A model generated the notes under the pieces. The model saw only the letters and a program-made list of their open reading frames with translations. It was not told where the DNA came from and did no database searches. Shown here piece after piece: positions 37,491 to 46,605 of a stretch of DNA of 64,000 nucleotides (positions are counted from its first letter, which is position 1; each line of letters begins with the position of its first letter). Location of the stretch: NCBI GenBank assembly GCA_965220745.1, contig CBDCQT010000011.1, positions 544,001 to 608,000 of the forward strand, given 5' to 3'. The position numbers were made by a program, and so were the translations under genes. The DNA is from Alphaproteobacteria bacterium (lineage in GTDB: Bacteria > Pseudomonadota > Alphaproteobacteria > UBA828).

Positions 37491-38419
37491 GCGGGAGCAA
37501 CGCCATGGCGAGGCTCAATACATTCGATGCCGACGTCGGCGCAGATTCGTTGGCGGCGGCGATCAAGCGGGACGGCTATGTGATCGTGCGGGAGCTTCTC
37601 GATCCTGAGACCCTTGCGCGGCTCTCGGGCGAGCTGACCCCGCATCTGGAGGCGACGGATCTTGGCGACCCCGACGCCTTCATGGGGCACAAGACGAAGC
37701 GCTTCGGCGCGTTGCTCTCACGCTGCCCGACGAGCCGCGACATGGTGGTCCATCCGCTGGTGCTGGAGATCGCTGACCGCGTCCTCGGGCCGTATTGCGC
37801 GCGCTACCAGGTCCATTACACCGGAGTGATGCACGTCGAGCCCGGCGAGACCGTGCAAACGATGCACCGGGATACCGGCCTCTTTCCCATCCAGAACCCC
37901 GCGCCGCCGCTGACGCTCGCGACCATGTGGGCGGTCAGCGACTTCTCGGTGGAGAACGGGGCGACCCGCATCGTGCCGGGGAGCCACCAATGGCCTGACG
38001 AGCGCATACCGGAGCCGGACGAGATAAAGCAGGCGGAAATGCCGGCCGGTTCGCTGCTGATGTACGTGGGCAGCGTGATCCATGGCGCCGGCGCCAATCG
38101 CTCGAACGCCGCTCGCTGCGGTGTCGCGCTTCACTACGCGCTCGGCTGGCTGCGCCAGGAGGAGAACCAGTACCTCGCCGTGCCGATGGAGGAGGCGCGG
38201 ACCTTCCCCCATCAGTTGCAGTGCCTGATGGGCTACGACCTGGGCACAGTTAACCTGGGGTTCGTCGACCACAAGCATCCGAACGACATCCTGAACGGCA
38301 CCGCCGGCGATCAGGCCGGCGTGCTCGGACCTCAGGAGCTGATGGATGCGGACAACGCGATCCAGCGCTTCAAGGTCGAAGGCACAAAGGCCGTCGGCCG
38401 CGCTCGCATGAGTGTGTAA
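37487..38419 (+). CDS. Phytanoyl-CoA dioxygenase (PhyH) family protein
   Basis: RDGYVIV, MHRD, ENGAT, HGAGANRS and WLRQEENQYL motifs. Start is 37487 (ATGA overlap) or 37505. Confidence 0.88.
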   Translation: MSGSNAMARLNTFDADVGADSLAAAIKRDGYVIVRELLDPETLARLSGELTPHLEATDLGDPDAFMGHKTKRFGALLSRCPTSRDMVVHPLVLEIADRVLGPYCARYQVHYTGVMHVEPGETVQTMHRDTGLFPIQNPAPPLTLATMWAVSDFSVENGATRIVPGSHQWPDERIPEPDEIKQAEMPAGSLLMYVGSVIHGAGANRSNAARCGVALHYALGWLRQEENQYLAVPMEEARTFPHQLQCLMGYDLGTVNLGFVDHKHPNDILNGTAGDQAGVLGPQELMDADNAIQRFKVEGTKAVGRARMSV

Positions 38420-38461
38420 GCAACGGTCAAGCGAGCGACCCGCACCTCGCGGGCCCTTATC

Positions 38462-39367
38462 TCATAGCGGATCCCAGCTGAACACGTCGCCGGAGCGGTC
38501 CAGCGCGGCGAAGTGGCCCTGCAGCGCCGGCACGGCGTGGTCGGCGATCGCTTGCACGTCCCACCCCTCGCTCCGGTGGACGCTGCGGGCGGGCCGGAAA
38601 GGATCGAAGAGGAAAATCTCGTTGTGGCGTGTCCCGAAGACCTGGCCTGAGATGTCGCGCGCCGCGTCGGACGCGAGAAACACGGCGAGCGGCGCGTTCT
38701 TCTCGGGCGTCATCTTCTTGAGGCGCTCGATCCGCTCCCGTTGCTCGTCCGTGTCGGCCGGGATTTCGCTCGTCATCCGGCTCCAGGCGAAGGGCGCGAT
38801 GCAGTTGGAGCGCACGTTGAAGCGCTTCATGTCGAGGGCGATCGACTTGGACAGCGCGCAGATGCCGAGCTTGGCCGCCGCGTAATTCGCCTGCCCGAAG
38901 TTGCCGATCAGCCCGGACGTGCTGGTCATGTGGACGAAGGCGCCCGACTCCTGACGCCGGAAGTGCTCCGCCGCCGCGCGGCTCAGGAAGAAGCTGCCGT
39001 TGAGATGCACGCCGACGACGGAGAGCCATTGCTCGGCCGTCATCTTGTGGAAGATGGTATCGCGCAGGATACCGGCGTTATTCACCACGATGTCGATCCG
39101 CCCGAAGGCATCGAGCGCGGTTGCCACGATGGCGCGGGCGCTCTCCCAGCTCTCGACGCTGTGCGTGTCGATGGCGGCGGTGCCGCCGTCTTTCTCGATC
39201 AGCCGCTTGGTCTCCTCGGCTGGGGTCGCCGAGCCGCCTTCGCCTGTGACCGAGACGCCGATATCGTTGACGACGACGGAAGCCCCGGTCTGCGCGAGCG
39301 CCAGTGCGATCTCACGGCCGATGCCGCCGCCCGCGCCGGAGACGATTGCAACCTTTCCCTCGTTCAC
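38462..39367 (-). CDS. SDR, (3R)-hydroxyacyl-CoA dehydrogenase (MFE-2) type
   Basis: SGAGGGIG, VVVNDIG, NNAGILRD and GNFGQANYAAAK motifs. Confidence 0.88.
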   Translation of the reverse strand: MNEGKVAIVSGAGGGIGREIALALAQTGASVVVNDIGVSVTGEGGSATPAEETKRLIEKDGGTAAIDTHSVESWESARAIVATALDAFGRIDIVVNNAGILRDTIFHKMTAEQWLSVVGVHLNGSFFLSRAAAEHFRRQESGAFVHMTSTSGLIGNFGQANYAAAKLGICALSKSIALDMKRFNVRSNCIAPFAWSRMTSEIPADTDEQRERIERLKKMTPEKNAPLAVFLASDAARDISGQVFGTRHNEIFLFDPFRPARSVHRSEGWDVQAIADHAVPALQGHFAALDRSGDVFSWDPL

Positions 39368-39388
39368 CGTTCATCTCCCATCATTGCG

Positions 39389-40234
39389 TCACCCGAAGGT
39401 CGCGAGGCCGTTGCGCAGGACCAAGACGTCGCGCTCGACGGCGCGCGCGCGAAAGGCGCCGTTCCGCCACATCTCCACCTCGACGGTCTCCCCCGGAAAG
39501 ATCGGCGCCGAGAACCGCGCGGACATGCTGCGGAGCGATCCGGGATCGTCGGCAGCGAACGCGCGCAGAATGGCGTGGCAAGCGATGCCGAAGGTGCAGA
39601 GCCCGTGGAGGATCGGCCGCTCGAAGCCCGCCTTCTGCGCGACTGCAGGGTCGAGATGGAGCGGGTTGGGATCGCCATTCAGGCGATAAAGGAGAGCCTG
39701 TTCCGGACGCGTGGCAATGGCAACGGTGCGGTCGGGCTGGTCGCCCGGTTCCTCCGGCGCGGGACGCGGCGTGCCGGAGGGGCCATCGTAGCCGCCGTCG
39801 CCCCGGAGCATGATCGTGCGCGTCTCGGTCGTGATGACCGCGCCCGTGTCTGTGTCGCTGAGCGTCTTTTCGAGATAGAGCAGCGCGCCCTTCTGCGCTC
39901 CCTTGTCGACGATATCGACGATTCGGGTCTTGCCGACGACCGTACCGGCGCTGGGGATGGGTGCCTTCAGGGAGAATCCCTGCTCGGCATGGACGACCCG
40001 GCCCGCGTCGACCGTGGTGCGCGGATCGGCCAGCCAGAAGCCGGGATGGCCGAGCACCGAGCAGAACGACGGTACGATGCGGGGGCCCTTGTGGTCATCC
40101 ACGAATTGCAACTGCCACGGGTCGAGAGGATCGTGGCCGAGCCCGATTGACAGCGCGTAACGCACCGAGTCGAGCGGGCCGTAAGTCTGCCGGGCCTCGG
40201 GAATCTCGAAGCCCATGAGGGCATCGTAGTTCAC
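39389..40234 (-). CDS. MaoC-type (R)-enoyl-CoA hydratase 2
   Basis: YALSIG, VHAEQ, the hydratase-2 motif YRLNGDPNPLHLDP and PILHGLCTFG. Confidence 0.9.
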   Translation of the reverse strand: MNYDALMGFEIPEARQTYGPLDSVRYALSIGLGHDPLDPWQLQFVDDHKGPRIVPSFCSVLGHPGFWLADPRTTVDAGRVVHAEQGFSLKAPIPSAGTVVGKTRIVDIVDKGAQKGALLYLEKTLSDTDTGAVITTETRTIMLRGDGGYDGPSGTPRPAPEEPGDQPDRTVAIATRPEQALLYRLNGDPNPLHLDPAVAQKAGFERPILHGLCTFGIACHAILRAFAADDPGSLRSMSARFSAPIFPGETVEVEMWRNGAFRARAVERDVLVLRNGLATFG

Positions 40235-40325
40235 GGTGCGGAGGTCTCAGAGCGCGGTGGGTTGCTCACAGCCGTCGCAATGAGGTGAGGGTTATGCTGC
40301 AGATTGAGCCGGCGCGGTGGGTCAT

Positions 40326-41528
40326 TCAGCCGTCGTAGTGTCCGACGATCGCGACGCTGCAGACGTTCTGCACGGGATGGCCACCCAGGTTGTGGGTCAG
40401 ACCGTAGCGCATGGAATCGATCTGGCGCTCCTCCGCGCGGCCGTGGAACTGCAGATAGATCTCGTAGAGCATCCGCAGGCCGGAGGCCCCGATGGGGTGG
40501 CCGAAGCACTTCAGGCCGCCGTCGATCTGGCACGGCATGTCGCCATCGGCATCGTAACGGCCGTCGAGCACCGCCTTCCAGGCCTGGCCCTCGTCGGCGA
40601 GGCCGAGGTCCTCCATCGTCACCAGCTCAGTGATCGAGAAGCAGTCGTGGACCTCGGTGGCACTGATCTCCTTGCGCGGATCGTCGATGCCGGCTTCCTC
40701 GTAGGCGCGCTGGGCGGCGATGCGCGTGGTCTTGAAGTGGGCGCCGTTCCAGCTGTTGAAGCCGATCTCTTCGCCGTTCGAGACGCTGAGCTGCAAACCC
40801 TTGACCGTCACGACGTTCGTTTTGCCCAGGGTCATGGCGATCTCGGGCGTGGTGACGATGGCGCAGGCCGCGCCGTCGCTGACGCCGCAGCAATCGAACA
40901 GGCCGATGGGCTCCGCGACCATCGGTGCCCCGATCGCCTGCTCGTGGGTGATCTCGCGGCGCAAGTGCGCCTTGGGGTTGCGCGCGCCATTGGCGTGGCT
41001 CTTGACCGAGACGTGAGCCATCGCGCGCTTGAGATCGTCCCTGTCGATGCCGTGGGCGCCGCGGTAGCCGGCCGCGAGCTGCGCGAAGGCGCCCGGCGCG
41101 GAGACGTTGGGGGAGAACAGATCGTTGGTCACCCCGCGGGTCCGGGCCGGCAGGCCGCCATAACCAGTGTCCTTCAGCTTCTCCACGCCAAGCGCGAGCG
41201 CGAAGTCCGCAGCACCCGAGGCCACCGCGTAGCAGGCGCCGCGGAAGGCTTCCGTTCCGCTCGCGCACATGTTCTCGACGTGCGTGACCGGGATGTAGCC
41301 GAGCCTGAGCGAAGTCGCGAGCGGCAGCGCGCTCGGCCCGACGTTGACGGAGTCGAACGCCGTGCTCAGCCACGCCGCATCGATCTGCGAGCGTTCGATC
41401 CCGGCGTCGGCGATGCACTCCTCGAACGCCTCGGCCATCAGGTCCGAGGGCTCGGCATCCCACCGCTCGCCGAACTTCGAGCAGCCCATGCCGAGGATTG
41501 CCACCTTGTCTCGAATTCCGCTGGCCAT
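40326..41528 (-). CDS. SCP2/SCP-x-type thiolase (acetyl-CoA acetyltransferase family)
   Basis: VENMCASG, NPKAH, SDGAA, EVHDCFS, GHPIGASG and HNLGG motifs. Confidence 0.9.
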   Translation of the reverse strand: MASGIRDKVAILGMGCSKFGERWDAEPSDLMAEAFEECIADAGIERSQIDAAWLSTAFDSVNVGPSALPLATSLRLGYIPVTHVENMCASGTEAFRGACYAVASGAADFALALGVEKLKDTGYGGLPARTRGVTNDLFSPNVSAPGAFAQLAAGYRGAHGIDRDDLKRAMAHVSVKSHANGARNPKAHLRREITHEQAIGAPMVAEPIGLFDCCGVSDGAACAIVTTPEIAMTLGKTNVVTVKGLQLSVSNGEEIGFNSWNGAHFKTTRIAAQRAYEEAGIDDPRKEISATEVHDCFSITELVTMEDLGLADEGQAWKAVLDGRYDADGDMPCQIDGGLKCFGHPIGASGLRMLYEIYLQFHGRAEERQIDSMRYGLTHNLGGHPVQNVCSVAIVGHYDG

Positions 41529-41554
41529 GTTCGTTCTCCCCGCGCTGCAGCGCC

Positions 41555-42985
41555 TTAGTCGGGCGCCGCCTTCCAGAAATACTGCCGCATCCCGCGCCGC
41601 TCATCCACATGCTTGATCCTGAAGCGCATGCTCGCCCGCGTGCCGACGTCGAAGCTCTCGGGATCCACCTCCGTGAACTCAACCATGGTGCGCCCGCCGC
41701 CTTCGAATTCGACGAGGCCCGGGTAGGCGGGCGGATCCATGGAGAACACGAGGTGGTCGGCGGTAAAGGTCTTCACCGTGGTCGGCACGTCCGCCATGGG
41801 GTGGGGCTCCTGCGTGTCCTTGGCGCCGCAGTTGGGGTTCACGCAGTAGATCGCCTTCGGGTACTGCACCGTGCCGCAGCGCTTGCAGCGGCCGCCGACG
41901 AAGCCTGTCACGCCCTCCCGGTTGCGGTACTGCGCCGTAAGCGCCGGCGACCGGTCGAGCTCAGCGCGCTTGCCGTACTCGCGCTCGACCACGCCGCAAT
42001 AGGTCAGGAACTTGGCGTAGTTGGTTTCCTCGACCCTGCGCTCCAGCCAGCCGGCGACGCCGCGATTGGGCAGGGCCGCGCCGATCGCGTCCGTCACGCG
42101 AAACACCAGCGCGTCGCAGCCCTGCCCGAACCCCGTGACGACAATCGTCTGCCCTGGCTCAGCACTCGCCAGCTCTGCCGCCAGCATGAGCAGCGGCTGC
42201 GCCGTGCCGCATTGACCGACCGTGCTCATCATCGGGTCGGCGACGGCCTCGGCAGAGATGCCGCACGCCTTGCCGACACCCTCCGGCACCCGCCTCAGGT
42301 GGCAGGGAACGATCAGGCGGTCGACCTCCGAGGGCTCCACACTCGCCTTTGCGAGAGCCCGCGCGATCGCCTGCGGCACCAGCTTCATCCAGCCTTCGTC
42401 GCGAATCCAGCGGTCCTCCCAGGCGTAGTCGTAGGCATCGCCGCTCGCGCGGAAATGGTCGATGAAGTCGGCGGCGACAGTCGCGGACCCCAGCAGCGTC
42501 GCGATCTCTCCCTCGGAGCCCACCCGGAGAGCCGCTGCCCCGTCGCCGGAGAGCATTTCCATCGGGCTGCCGGCGCGGGCCCTGCGTCTCTCGGCCGCCA
42601 CCACGATCGCCTGCGTCCCCGCCGCTGCGGCGTCGAGCGCGCTCATAAGCGCGGTCGTCGAAGCCCGAAGCGAGCCCGCCACGTCCATGGTGCGGAGCTC
42701 GCTCCCGAGATTCAGCGCCTCCGCGACGATGCCGGCGTTCTGGCGGACCGCGAACGGGTGCGTGGTCGATGCGAGGAAAAGCGCCTGGACCGGCGTAGCC
42801 GGGCCCATGTCACGCGCCGCTTCCACGGCCATGGTCACAGTGTCCTCGTCCCAGCTGCACATGGTGCGCTCGCCGCGAGCCAGGCCGCGCAGCGATGCGT
42901 CGAACCAGGTATTGGCGGCAGCAATCGCCGAGCGCTGGAGGCGTCGGCGCGGCAGATAGGCGCCGTAGGCGGTGATGCCGGGCAC
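41555..42985 (-). CDS. HMG-CoA synthase-like domain fused to DUF35 (Zn ribbon plus OB fold)
   Basis: GITAYGAYLP, DEDTVTMAVEAA and GDGAAA motifs; C-terminal CKRC...CVNPNC and an OB fold ending YFWKA. Confidence 0.85.
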   Translation of the reverse strand: MPGITAYGAYLPRRRLQRSAIAAANTWFDASLRGLARGERTMCSWDEDTVTMAVEAARDMGPATPVQALFLASTTHPFAVRQNAGIVAEALNLGSELRTMDVAGSLRASTTALMSALDAAAAGTQAIVVAAERRRARAGSPMEMLSGDGAAALRVGSEGEIATLLGSATVAADFIDHFRASGDAYDYAWEDRWIRDEGWMKLVPQAIARALAKASVEPSEVDRLIVPCHLRRVPEGVGKACGISAEAVADPMMSTVGQCGTAQPLLMLAAELASAEPGQTIVVTGFGQGCDALVFRVTDAIGAALPNRGVAGWLERRVEETNYAKFLTYCGVVEREYGKRAELDRSPALTAQYRNREGVTGFVGGRCKRCGTVQYPKAIYCVNPNCGAKDTQEPHPMADVPTTVKTFTADHLVFSMDPPAYPGLVEFEGGGRTMVEFTEVDPESFDVGTRASMRFRIKHVDERRGMRQYFWKAAPD

Positions 42986-43075
42986 GCAGGAACTCCGGAG
43001 TTGAGCGGATACGCGACCTAGGGGCGGGGCATACTACACGGTCGCACCGGCAAGGCTAATCGGCCGGCAACCCAT

Positions 43076-43786
43076 TCAGAGGCCGAGGTAGGCCGCTCTG
43101 ACGTTGTCGTCCTTGATGAGTTCGTTGGCTGGCCCCTGGAGCACGAGCGAGCCCTGCTCCAGCACGTAGCCGTGGGAGGCGACGCTCAGCGCCAGCGCGG
43201 CATTCTGCTCCACCAGAACCACGCCGACGTTCTCGTCGACCGTGAGCACGCGGAGCGTCTCCATGATCCTCTGCTCGATCACCGGCGCAAGGCCGATGGA
43301 GGGCTCGTCCAGCAGCAGCAGCTTGGGGTCGGACATGAGCGCGCGGCCGAAGGCCAGCATCTGCTGCTCGCCGCCGCTCAGATCGCGCGCCAACTGGCGT
43401 CTGCGGTCCTTGAGAATGGGGAAGTGCTGGTAAATGCGGTCCAAGTCGCGGCGGATGGCCTTCCTGTCCTTACGCAGGTAGGCGCCCACCATCAAGTTGT
43501 CGTAGACGCTGATGCGCGGGAAGAGCTCGCGCCCCTCCGGCACGTGGGAGATTCCCATGCGCACGATGGCGGTGGGCGAGGCCGCGTCGATCCGCTCGCC
43601 GAGAAAGCGAATCTCGCCGGATTCCGGCCGGATCAAGCCCGAGATGGTCTTGAGCAGGGTCGTCTTGCCAGCACCGTTGCTGCCGACGATGGTCGTGATC
43701 GTCCTCTCTTCCGCCGAGATCGACACCTCCGAGAGCGCCGAGATCAGGTCGTACTTGACCGTCAGTTCCTGGGTCTCAAGCATCAT
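43076..43786 (-). CDS. livF: HAAT (branched-chain amino acid type) ABC ATP-binding protein
   Basis: GSNGAGKTT, HVPEGR, LSGGEQQML and VEQNA motifs. Confidence 0.9.
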   Translation of the reverse strand: MMLETQELTVKYDLISALSEVSISAEERTITTIVGSNGAGKTTLLKTISGLIRPESGEIRFLGERIDAASPTAIVRMGISHVPEGRELFPRISVYDNLMVGAYLRKDRKAIRRDLDRIYQHFPILKDRRRQLARDLSGGEQQMLAFGRALMSDPKLLLLDEPSIGLAPVIEQRIMETLRVLTVDENVGVVLVEQNAALALSVASHGYVLEQGSLVLQGPANELIKDDNVRAAYLGL

Positions 43787-44546
43787 GGCGCGACTGCTTC
43801 CCGAGATAGGCCTCGATGACGGCCGGGTTGCTGGTCACCTCGTCCGCCGTGCCCTCGGCGATCTTCTCGCCGAAGTCGATCACGGTGATGAGCTCGCAGA
43901 CGCTGAGCACGGAGCGCACGTCGTGCTCGACCAGGAGTATCGTGATGCCGTGGTCACGCAGGCTCGCGATCTTCTGGGCGACACTGATCTTCTCGGTCGG
44001 GTTGAGGCCGGCAAGCGGCTCGTCCAGCATCAAGAGCGTCGGCCGCACCGCGAGCGCGGTGGCGATCGAGAGCACCCGCTGCATGCCGGCGGGCAGCAGG
44101 CGCGCGGTCGTCTCCGCATCGTCCGAGAGCGCCATGAAGTCCAGGATCCACTCGGTGCTCTCATCCACGCTTTCGAAATGAGGCAGATTCTCGAGGGAAG
44201 GCCGCGGCCTCGCCCCCCGGCGCCCGGAATGGACGTGATGGCCCATCGCCACGTTCTCGCGCACCGTCATTTCACGGTAGATGCTGGTGAGCTGGAAGGT
44301 GCGGACGAGCCCGCGCTTGGCGATCTGGTGCGGACGCTTGCCCTTGATCGAGTGGCCCTGGAAGCGCACGTCGCCGGAAGTAGGCTTTAGGAATCCGCTG
44401 ATGAGGTGGAACATCGTGGTCTTGCCGGAGCCGTTCGGCCCGATGAGACCCCGAATCTGCCCCTCCGGAATCTCGAAGGAGATCCCCTTCACCGCGGCCA
44501 GCTTGCCGAAGCGCTTGGCGACGTTATCGACTTCGAGGATCGCCAT
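43776..44546 (-). CDS. livG: HAAT ABC ATP-binding protein
   Basis: GPNGSGKTT, RTFQ, LDEP, VEHD and VIEAYLG motifs. Confidence 0.9.
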   Translation of the reverse strand: MAILEVDNVAKRFGKLAAVKGISFEIPEGQIRGLIGPNGSGKTTMFHLISGFLKPTSGDVRFQGHSIKGKRPHQIAKRGLVRTFQLTSIYREMTVRENVAMGHHVHSGRRGARPRPSLENLPHFESVDESTEWILDFMALSDDAETTARLLPAGMQRVLSIATALAVRPTLLMLDEPLAGLNPTEKISVAQKIASLRDHGITILLVEHDVRSVLSVCELITVIDFGEKIAEGTADEVTSNPAVIEAYLGKQSRHDA

Positions 44547-44549
44547 CGC

Positions 44550-45575
44550 TCACCGCCCCTGCCGGGCCCCGTCCGGCGGTCGGTCGCCCCGGCTCCTCCA
44601 CCAGCGACGCGCGCGCCGCACGAGCCGGATGATGACCATCTCCAGGCCGCCCTCCGCCAGCAGGATCACACCGAGGACGCTGACGCCCCAGAGCAGCGGA
44701 ATCCACTGCGTGAAGTCCCGGAACACCTCTTCCAACACGGTCAGATAGAGCAGGCCGACCAGCGGCCCCCAGAAGGTGGTGATGCCGCCGACGATGGCCG
44801 CCGCCACCAGCTTGAACATGAGAACCGCGCTGAAATCCAACGGATTGATCAACCCGTTGAAGTTCGCGTAAAGCACGCCGCTGAAGCCCGCGACCACCGA
44901 ACCCATGACGAAGGGGAGTGTCCTGAGCGCCCACGTGTTGATGCCGATGGATTCGGAAAGCTCCTCATTGGCGGCGACCGCCTTGATCGTGTGGCCGAGG
45001 CGCGAGAGGTCGAAGCGGTAAAGCAGGAGGCCAACGACCACGGCAAGCGCCAATGCCAGATAGTAGAAGCCGACGCTGTTGCCGAAATCCATCCCCAGGA
45101 TGGGCTCGGGCCGCGGGATGAACGAGATGCCGTAGGTGCCGCCAGTGATCCCGCTGAACTGCACGTAGCACTGGCGCAGCGCTTCGCCCGCCGCAAAGGT
45201 GCTCAGGAAGAAGTAGTAGTGCCGAGTGCGCAGCACCGGATAGGCGATGATCATCGCGAAGGCGCCGGCGATCAGCGCGCCGAGGAAGAACGTCGCCCAG
45301 AACGACCAGGGCGTCTCCAGCGTCGTGAGGATCGCCGTCGTGTAGGCGCCGAGGCCCGCCGTTGATATATGCGCGAACGACCAGCCGCCCATGGTCGTGA
45401 TCAGCCGGTAACCCATCAACGAGACCGCGTTGATGGTGAAGAGCACCAGCACGCTCTGCCAGTAGACCGAGAGCGCGTGGGGCAGCGCCACCAGCAGCGG
45501 CAGCGCGATGCCGGTGCCGATGCAGGCCCGCAGGAAAATCCTGTTGGCCTGTCGGTTGGCGGCGCGGTTGATCAT
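44550..45575 (-). CDS. livM: HAAT ABC permease
   Basis: Hydrophobic protein with SFAH, GLGAY, ITGG and IVGG..FWGPLVG motifs. Confidence 0.88.
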   Translation of the reverse strand: MINRAANRQANRIFLRACIGTGIALPLLVALPHALSVYWQSVLVLFTINAVSLMGYRLITTMGGWSFAHISTAGLGAYTTAILTTLETPWSFWATFFLGALIAGAFAMIIAYPVLRTRHYYFFLSTFAAGEALRQCYVQFSGITGGTYGISFIPRPEPILGMDFGNSVGFYYLALALAVVVGLLLYRFDLSRLGHTIKAVAANEELSESIGINTWALRTLPFVMGSVVAGFSGVLYANFNGLINPLDFSAVLMFKLVAAAIVGGITTFWGPLVGLLYLTVLEEVFRDFTQWIPLLWGVSVLGVILLAEGGLEMVIIRLVRRARRWWRSRGDRPPDGARQGR

Positions 45576-46435
45576 TCGCGCGCCCCGAGCAGCCCGCTCG
45601 GCAGGAAGGAAAGCACCAGCAGCATGATGATGGCGTCGACCATGGGCGCGAATTTGCCCGCGCCGAACGTCGTCATCAGCGTGTCGATGATGCCGAACAG
45701 GAAGGCGGCGACCACGGCGCCGGACAGGCTGCCGATGCCGCCCACGATGATGATGATGAAGGCGCGCCAGAGCGCCTCGCCGCCCATGAACGGGCTGATG
45801 ATGAGCACGCTACCCATGAGCACGCCGGAAATTGCCGCCAGCGCCGAGCCCACGAACATGGTCGTGAGCGCGATATGGTTCATGCTGATGCCCTGCAGCA
45901 TGGCGCCGGTTCGGTTCTGCGCGGTCGCGCGGACGGCGCGCCCGAGATCGGTGTGCATCAGGAAGAGATAGAGCCCGCCCATCATCACGACGGTGAAGCC
46001 GAAGACCACCAGCCGTTGGATCGGCAGGACCATGCCCTCGAACAGGATGAAGCCCGGGAACGGCGCCGGGACAGACTGCCCCATTGGGCCGATGGCCTTC
46101 ACCACCGCCACCTGTAGGACATAGGAGAGCCCGAGCGTCGCCATGAATATCGAGAAGGGCTGCTCCCGCAATCGATGGAAGATCGAGAGCTGGACCAGGA
46201 TCCCGAGTATGCCGACCACGCCTGCGGCGACGATCAGCGCGACAATGAAGGTCGCACCCGGAGGCAGGATGCCGGTGAAGGCGTTGATCAACAGCCAGAG
46301 CGCGTAGCCGCCGAACATGTAGAACTCGCCATGCGCGAAGTTGATGGTGCGCATGACGCCGAAGACGAGCGCGAGCCCGACCGCGAAGGACACGTAGAAG
46401 GTGCTGAGAAAGATGATGTTGGCGACGATTTGCAT
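45572..46435 (-). CDS. livH: HAAT ABC permease
   Basis: AVGLALVFGVMRTINFAHGEFYM, GRAVRA and GGIGS motifs. Confidence 0.9.
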   Translation of the reverse strand: MQIVANIIFLSTFYVSFAVGLALVFGVMRTINFAHGEFYMFGGYALWLLINAFTGILPPGATFIVALIVAAGVVGILGILVQLSIFHRLREQPFSIFMATLGLSYVLQVAVVKAIGPMGQSVPAPFPGFILFEGMVLPIQRLVVFGFTVVMMGGLYLFLMHTDLGRAVRATAQNRTGAMLQGISMNHIALTTMFVGSALAAISGVLMGSVLIISPFMGGEALWRAFIIIIVGGIGSLSGAVVAAFLFGIIDTLMTTFGAGKFAPMVDAIIMLLVLSFLPSGLLGARE

Positions 46436-46541
46436 GTCGTCTTGGCCGCTACGCCCGCCTAAGTCTTAGCACCGTCGCCGCGCGGCAGGGCCGAGCGGGC
46501 CAGCCGCTCGCCGTATGCGCCTGCCTGGTATCGAAAATGGA

Positions 46542-46583
46542 CGGGCCGGGAACGACGCCGCACGCGACGCGCTTCCCGGCCCG
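46542..46583 (-). terminator. Stem-loop after the binding-protein gene
   Basis: 11-bp stem CGGGCCGGGAA/TTCCCGGCCCG, followed on the minus strand by TCCATTTT. Confidence 0.5.
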
Positions 46584-46605
46584 CAAAACCAGCCGCTGGA
46601 GCGGC

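Noticed and set aside
40252-40322. 11-bp direct repeat GCGCGGTGGGT, 60 bp apart, as a possible mini-CRISPR or target-site duplication
   Set aside because: Only two short copies and no cas or transposase genes; possibly a degenerate REP remnant or chance.
41555-42985. Mevalonate pathway or polyketide beta-branching HMG-CoA synthase
   Set aside because: The catalytic Cys is absent, and there are no mevalonate, ACP or PKS genes in the window.
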